Shown in pieces: positions 15,883 to 20,296 of a stretch of DNA of 20,296 nt. The number at the start of each line of letters is the position of its first letter. The stretch's first letter is position 1. The translations under genes were made by a program, and so were the position numbers. The stretch lies in assembly GCA_040380025.1 (NCBI GenBank), contig JBEIJY010000037.1, positions 1-20,296 on the forward strand. The letters are read 5' to 3'. Origin of the DNA: Bdellovibrionales bacterium (GTDB lineage: Bacteria; Bdellovibrionota; UBA1018; CAIMNF01). The notes under the pieces are model-generated. The model made no database searches and was not told where the DNA came from. It saw only the letters and a program-made list of their open reading frames with translations.

Positions 15883-17082
15883 ATGACGGATCGAATCCAG
15901 AAAATGAGAGATGTTCAGCATTTTGGCGAAGAAGGCGGAGTGGTTCCGGTGATCGACGTCGCGTCGACCTCGACCTTTTTGAACCCGGCCGACATGGAGC
16001 GCGCCTTTCATGGCGAGATGGAAGGCTGTTACCTGTACAGCCGGCACTCGAACCCCTCGGTGAATGCGTTCGGAAAAAAATTCGCCGCGCTCGAAGGCAC
16101 TGAAGCGGCTCTCGGTGTGGCGAGCGGCATGGCCGCGATTGCTGCCACGATCGATCAGCTCGTTCCGGCCGGCGGACACATTCTTTCTTCTCGCACGATC
16201 TATGGCGGGACCTATGCACTCTTCCAGAACATCCTGCCCCGTCGCGGCGTCAAGGTCTCGTTTTTCGATCCCAATGATCCTGCCTCGATCGAGTCTCTGA
16301 TCCGGCCCGAAACCCGTGTGATCTATACCGAGTCCCTGAGCAACCCGATCTTGAACCTCTGCGACCTCGAGGCAAGCGGCAGGATCGCAAAAAAGCACGG
16401 CTTGAAATTCGTGGTCGACAACACCTTCACGCCGGTTCTGATCACCCCTGTGGATTTCGGGGCCGATGTCGTCCTGCATTCCTGTACGAAATACATCTCA
16501 GGATCGAGCGACATGATCGCAGGAGTGATCGCCGGAAGCTCCGAGTTCATCCGCCAGCTCTCCGACATCAACTCCGGCTCGGTGATGCTGACCGGACCCG
16601 TGATGGATGCCCGGATCGCGCACGAGCTTTATCTCAGACTCGACCATCTGCCGATCCGCATGAGCGCACATTCGCGGCATGCGCACATTCTGGCCCAACG
16701 GATGGAAGAGGCGGGGGTTCCCGTTTTTTATCCCGGGCTGAAATCCCACCCCCAGCATGATCTCATGGCCCGCCACCTGAACAAGGGCTATGGGTACGGA
16801 GGAATGCTCACGATTGACTGCGGCACATCCCGGAAAGCCATGGAGCTCGCAAGCCTTCTTCAGCAGTCGAAGTTCGGCCTCTATGCGGTTTCGCTCGGAT
16901 TCTCGCGCACTCTGATGAGCTGTCCCTCGGTCAGTACCTCGAGCGAAATCCCCGAGAGCGAGCAGCGGGCAATGAAGCTCTCTCCCGGGCTTTTGCGCGT
17001 CAGCGTGGGATTCACGGGAGACGTCGAGATCGAATGGAGCCGCTTCATCAGTGAATATCGAAAGGTGTTTCCGCACCCATGA
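15883..17082 (+). CDS. PLP-dependent trans-sulfuration family enzyme, methionine gamma-lyase-like
   Basis: YSRHSNPS, ASGMAAI, YGGT, ESLSNP, VVDNTF, HSCTKYISG (PLP lysine), YPGL..HPQH, AVSLG, LLRVSVG. Confidence 0.9.
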   Translation: MTDRIQKMRDVQHFGEEGGVVPVIDVASTSTFLNPADMERAFHGEMEGCYLYSRHSNPSVNAFGKKFAALEGTEAALGVASGMAAIAATIDQLVPAGGHILSSRTIYGGTYALFQNILPRRGVKVSFFDPNDPASIESLIRPETRVIYTESLSNPILNLCDLEASGRIAKKHGLKFVVDNTFTPVLITPVDFGADVVLHSCTKYISGSSDMIAGVIAGSSEFIRQLSDINSGSVMLTGPVMDARIAHELYLRLDHLPIRMSAHSRHAHILAQRMEEAGVPVFYPGLKSHPQHDLMARHLNKGYGYGGMLTIDCGTSRKAMELASLLQQSKFGLYAVSLGFSRTLMSCPSVSTSSEIPESEQRAMKLSPGLLRVSVGFTGDVEIEWSRFISEYRKVFPHP

Positions 17083-17438
17083 CATCCCTTTTTTCGAACC
17101 TCTGCCCGTCGTGCGAGCGGGCACCGGTGTTTCGCAGCTTCCTCTCGATGAACCGGGAGTGTCCCTCGTGCGGCATCGCTTTCGAGAAGGAGTCGGGGTA
17201 TTTCATCGGGGCCATGATCGCCTCGTATTTTCTCGGGGTGTTTCTCGCCTTCCCGGTCCTTCTCGGACTCATTTTTTTCGCCCGTGCCGGAACCGCTCTT
17301 TCGATCGGAGCGACGGCAGTCCTGATCCTGCTTTTGCAACCCCTGCTCTTTCGGTACTCGCGGCTTCTTTGGATTCAAATCGAACATCGTCTCACCAAGG
17401 CCATTCATCAGAACCAAAAGGGACCGCCGGAGAAATGA
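17079..17438 (+). CDS. DUF983-like membrane protein (CxxC...CxxC zinc ribbon plus 2 TM helices)
   Basis: CPSC...F..FLSM...CPSCG..FEKESGYFIGAM..SY, two hydrophobic helices, RYSRLLW; ATGA overlaps on both sides. Confidence 0.8.
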   Translation: MTSLFSNLCPSCERAPVFRSFLSMNRECPSCGIAFEKESGYFIGAMIASYFLGVFLAFPVLLGLIFFARAGTALSIGATAVLILLLQPLLFRYSRLLWIQIEHRLTKAIHQNQKGPPEK

Positions 17439-18082
17439 GAACCCGTCTGATGATGGCTTTGCTTCTTCTCATCCCGTACTCCTCGCTGGTGCTGCCCGGT
17501 TCCGGGCTGGCACAGGCTGCCGCACCCTCGACCTGCTTTGATCTCTCGAAGCCGAATTCGAACCTTCTCCGGCCCGCTCCGGACCAGTTTGCGAAGCCGG
17601 AGAACGAAAACGACCCTGACTACGGCAAGGATCCTGCGACGGGGTTTTCGTGGGCCCGCGCGAGTGGCATCGTAAAAAAACCGGTTTCTGATCTTCTTGC
17701 GAAACTCCTCGATCCGATGGTGACCCGGGATCGCAGCAACACCAAGGTCGAGGTCACCGAGATCAAAGTTCCCGGGGCATATCGCAAAAACGAGGTCCGC
17801 GTTCGGATCAAACCCGTTTTTTTCCTCACGCTCGAATGGGTCGAGGAGTGGCTTTACACGGTCCGAAACGACGCCTCGGGGGCGCCGGAGTCGATCGTGA
17901 TCTCCTACCAAAAGACCTCCGGCACCGCTCATATTCGGAGACTATGCGGCAACATCCTTGTCCGGAGACTCTCCGGACAGGAATCGGGAGTGTATCTGAC
18001 CGAGGAAATCGAGGCGGACCGCAGAACTCCCGGGGAACTTCATCGCGGTCTCCTCGGAACCCTCCGGACGCTCCGGGAATGA
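17435..18082 (+). CDS. Hypothetical secreted protein, possibly START/SRPBCC-like fold
   Basis: ATGA-coupled start, signal peptide, and a beta-helix-beta(n)-C-terminal helix pattern (WARASGIVKKPVSDLLAKLLDP...YQKTSG...CGNILVRRL...). Confidence 0.7.
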   Translation: MRTRLMMALLLLIPYSSLVLPGSGLAQAAAPSTCFDLSKPNSNLLRPAPDQFAKPENENDPDYGKDPATGFSWARASGIVKKPVSDLLAKLLDPMVTRDRSNTKVEVTEIKVPGAYRKNEVRVRIKPVFFLTLEWVEEWLYTVRNDASGAPESIVISYQKTSGTAHIRRLCGNILVRRLSGQESGVYLTEEIEADRRTPGELHRGLLGTLRTLRE

Positions 18083-20296
18083 ACACGATCATCCGGTTTT
18101 TGATCAAACGGGCAGGCCTGGTGGCGGGCCTCTTTGCCCTGCTCTCGGTGGCGGGAGGATACGGGTCGTTCCATTTGTTTTCGAACCTCCGGACCGATCT
18201 CGAGGAACTTCTTCCTCCGCAGGCGAGGAGCGTGCTCGACCTGAACCAGGTGCGTTCCCGTCTGGAGAGCACGAGCAACCTTGCTGTTCTTGCACTCTCG
18301 GAGAATCCGGTTCAAAGCAAGCGCTTCATCGATGATCTCGCGCGCGAGATCTCGGCACTGCCGCGCGAGGTCTGCGCCGGAGTCGAGTACCGGATCGACC
18401 GCGAGATCGAATTCTTCTCCCGGCGAAAGTCATTGTTTCTCGAGTTGGGCGATCTCGAGCGGATCCGGAATTACATCCGCTCGAAGGTCGATTACGAGAT
18501 CACCCTCTCCAATCCGCTCACGATTTTTGACAACCGGGAAATTCCGGAACCGACGCTCGATGTCGCAGGACTTCAAAAAAAATACGAGTCCAAAACCGAC
18601 AGCTACTCGCGCTTTCCCGACGGATACTACGCCTCCCCCGATCAAAAAGAGAGAGTGCTCCTCGCGTACCTTCCGGGGGACCGCTCGGGGATCAGCGCCT
18701 CGAAAGCACTCCGCGAGGCCGTGGACAAGATCATCGCGCGCCTGAATCCGACATCCTACTCGCCCGATCTCGCGGTTCATTTCGCCGGAGGAGCCCAGGA
18801 TCTGATCGACGAACACGAGGCCCTGGTCGAGGACCTCCTGCTCTCGACCGTGCTCGTCACCATCCTCGTCAGCATCGCGATGCTCGCCTATTTTCGCTCG
18901 TGGAGCGGAACGATCGCCCTCATTCTCTCGTTGTTCTCAGGAACGCTTCTGACTTTCGGGGTGGCGCTCCTCCAGGTGGGCTACCTGAACGCGAACTCGG
19001 CCTTCATGGCGAGCATCGTGATCGGAAATGGCATCAACTTCGGCATCATCCTGCTCGCCCGGTTTCTGGAAGAGCGTCAGAAAGGAAAGCAGGTGCCGCG
19101 CTCGGTCTTCATCGCGGTCAAACGCACCTTCTCTGCGACCCTGGTGGCGGCCCTTGCGGCGGGACTAGCCTACGGATCTTTGGTGCTGACGAGCTTTCGC
19201 GGCTTCCGGCAATTCGGAATCATCGGATTCACCGGAATGATGCTTTGCTGGCTTGCGACCTACGCGCTCCTTCCCTCACTTTTGATTGTCATGAACCGGA
19301 TGGGCCTGATGAAGCCGCCCCCTCGCCGCTCGAAAGCCCGGATGTCGAATCTCCTTGCCTTCGCAGTTGACCGGCACCCGCGAAAAATCCTCGCAATCAC
19401 CGCCGGCTTCACGGTCATTTCGATTCTGGGTGCGCGCGCCATCGGCCCGGAGCTGATCGAGACCGACATGAAGAAACTCCGGAACCGGAAAAGCGCTGAA
19501 AGCGGCTCGATGTACTGGGGCGAGCGGGTCGACCGGATCTTCAACCGCCATCTTCTGCCGGTCGTGATCCTCCCCGAGAACGAGCAGGACGTCGAACGGA
19601 TCGCAGAGGAAGTACGAAAACGAAAAGCGTCCTCGCCGATCGGCAACCTGATCGTGAACGTGAGCACACTCCGGGATTTCGTGCCCGCCGAGCAGGACCG
19701 GAAGGTCTCGCTTTTGCGGGAGATCGACCATCTCCTGCCGACCCAGATCCTGAAGAGGCTCTCCCCCCGGGAATTGGAAATCACCTCGACCCTTCTGTCA
19801 GAGAGTTCCTTCCGGAAGTTCTCGGTCGACGATCTGCCGGAGCTCGTGCGCTCAAAATTCCGGGAACGGGACGGCACCATCGGCAAGCTGGTCCTGATCG
19901 AGCCCTCCCTCTCGCCCGAGCTGCAAAAGAGCGGCAACCTGATCGGTTTTGTGCGCCTGATCCGCGAGGCTGCTGACGCCGTTGCGCCGGGAACCGCCGT
20001 TGCCGGCACGCTTCCGGTCACCTCCGATCTTTTCGAGTCGATTGTGAACGATGGGCCCCGAGCCACTTTGTTTGCGTTTTTGGCGGTCCTGCTTCTGGTG
20101 GTGATTCTCTTTCGCGATCCGCGCACCATTCTGGTTTGCTCGTTTGCGCTCATCTTGGGCGTGATCTGGCTCTTCGGCTACATTTTCGTCTCCGGCCACA
20201 AGATCAACTTCCTGAACTTCATCGCGCTTCCGATCACCTTCGGCATCGGCGTCGATTACGGGGTGAATGTGTTCCAACGATACCGGCTGGAGCATC
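18079..20296 (+). CDS. MMPL/RND-family transporter (HpnN/BstA-like lipid exporter), 3'-truncated
   Basis: Absent from the ORF track because it has no stop in the window. Translation from ATG 18079: MNTIIRFLIKRAGLVAGLFALLSVAGG...LRTDLEELLP...YLNANSAFMASIVIGNGINFGIILLARFLEER...LTSFRGFRQFGIIG...; second repeat IETDMKKLR...INFLNFIALPITFGIGVDYGVNVFQRY. Confidence 0.93.
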   Translation, partial: MNTIIRFLIKRAGLVAGLFALLSVAGGYGSFHLFSNLRTDLEELLPPQARSVLDLNQVRSRLESTSNLAVLALSENPVQSKRFIDDLAREISALPREVCAGVEYRIDREIEFFSRRKSLFLELGDLERIRNYIRSKVDYEITLSNPLTIFDNREIPEPTLDVAGLQKKYESKTDSYSRFPDGYYASPDQKERVLLAYLPGDRSGISASKALREAVDKIIARLNPTSYSPDLAVHFAGGAQDLIDEHEALVEDLLLSTVLVTILVSIAMLAYFRSWSGTIALILSLFSGTLLTFGVALLQVGYLNANSAFMASIVIGNGINFGIILLARFLEERQKGKQVPRSVFIAVKRTFSATLVAALAAGLAYGSLVLTSFRGFRQFGIIGFTGMMLCWLATYALLPSLLIVMNRMGLMKPPPRRSKARMSNLLAFAVDRHPRKILAITAGFTVISILGARAIGPELIETDMKKLRNRKSAESGSMYWGERVDRIFNRHLLPVVILPENEQDVERIAEEVRKRKASSPIGNLIVNVSTLRDFVPAEQDRKVSLLREIDHLLPTQILKRLSPRELEITSTLLSESSFRKFSVDDLPELVRSKFRERDGTIGKLVLIEPSLSPELQKSGNLIGFVRLIREAADAVAPGTAVAGTLPVTSDLFESIVNDGPRATLFAFLAVLLLVVILFRDPRTILVCSFALILGVIWLFGYIFVSGHKINFLNFIALPITFGIGVDYGVNVFQRYRLEH

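Noticed and set aside
19260..20295. Minus-strand ORFs of 297, 151 and 147 aa
   Set aside because: Shadows of the plus-strand MMPL gene, which has clear family motifs.
1..20296. CRISPR array, IS, prophage or defence system (helicase plus exonuclease)
   Set aside because: No spaced direct repeats, transposase, integrase or phage genes. The helicase and exonuclease are ordinary housekeeping types, about 6 kb apart in separate transcription units.

Overview
A ~58% GC bacterial chromosomal window. The short 277-aa orphan flagellin and the many secreted hydrolases and hypotheticals suggest a Bdellovibrionota/Oligoflexia-like organism, but that is inference. It holds 16 CDSs: a 5'-truncated Ig-stalk surface protein with an FGE/C-type-lectin-like tip, ogt, an S8 protease, a PhoD-family phosphatase, a DEAD-box helicase, a P-type ATPase, a secreted hypothetical, a START-domain protein, flagellin, a renalase-like oxidoreductase, a DEDDh exonuclease, a secreted two-repeat protein, a methionine-gamma-lyase-like enzyme, a DUF983-like protein, a START-like secreted protein and a 3'-truncated MMPL/RND transporter that the ORF track misses. 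I saw no rRNA, tRNA, CRISPR array, transposase, integrase or reverse transcriptase. The most striking signals are non-coding. (1) The 21-nt 3' UTR of the sigma28-driven flagellin mRNA carries a perfect 11-nt complement (14/16 when extended) of its own Shine-Dalgarno region, suggesting a 5'-3' long-range switch or a 3'-UTR-derived sRNA. (2) A ~200-bp element between phoD and the helicase has 74-bp inverted arms and a branched apex. (3) The helicase and the ATPase overlap convergently by 149 bp. All calls come from reading motifs by eye; no database search was run.
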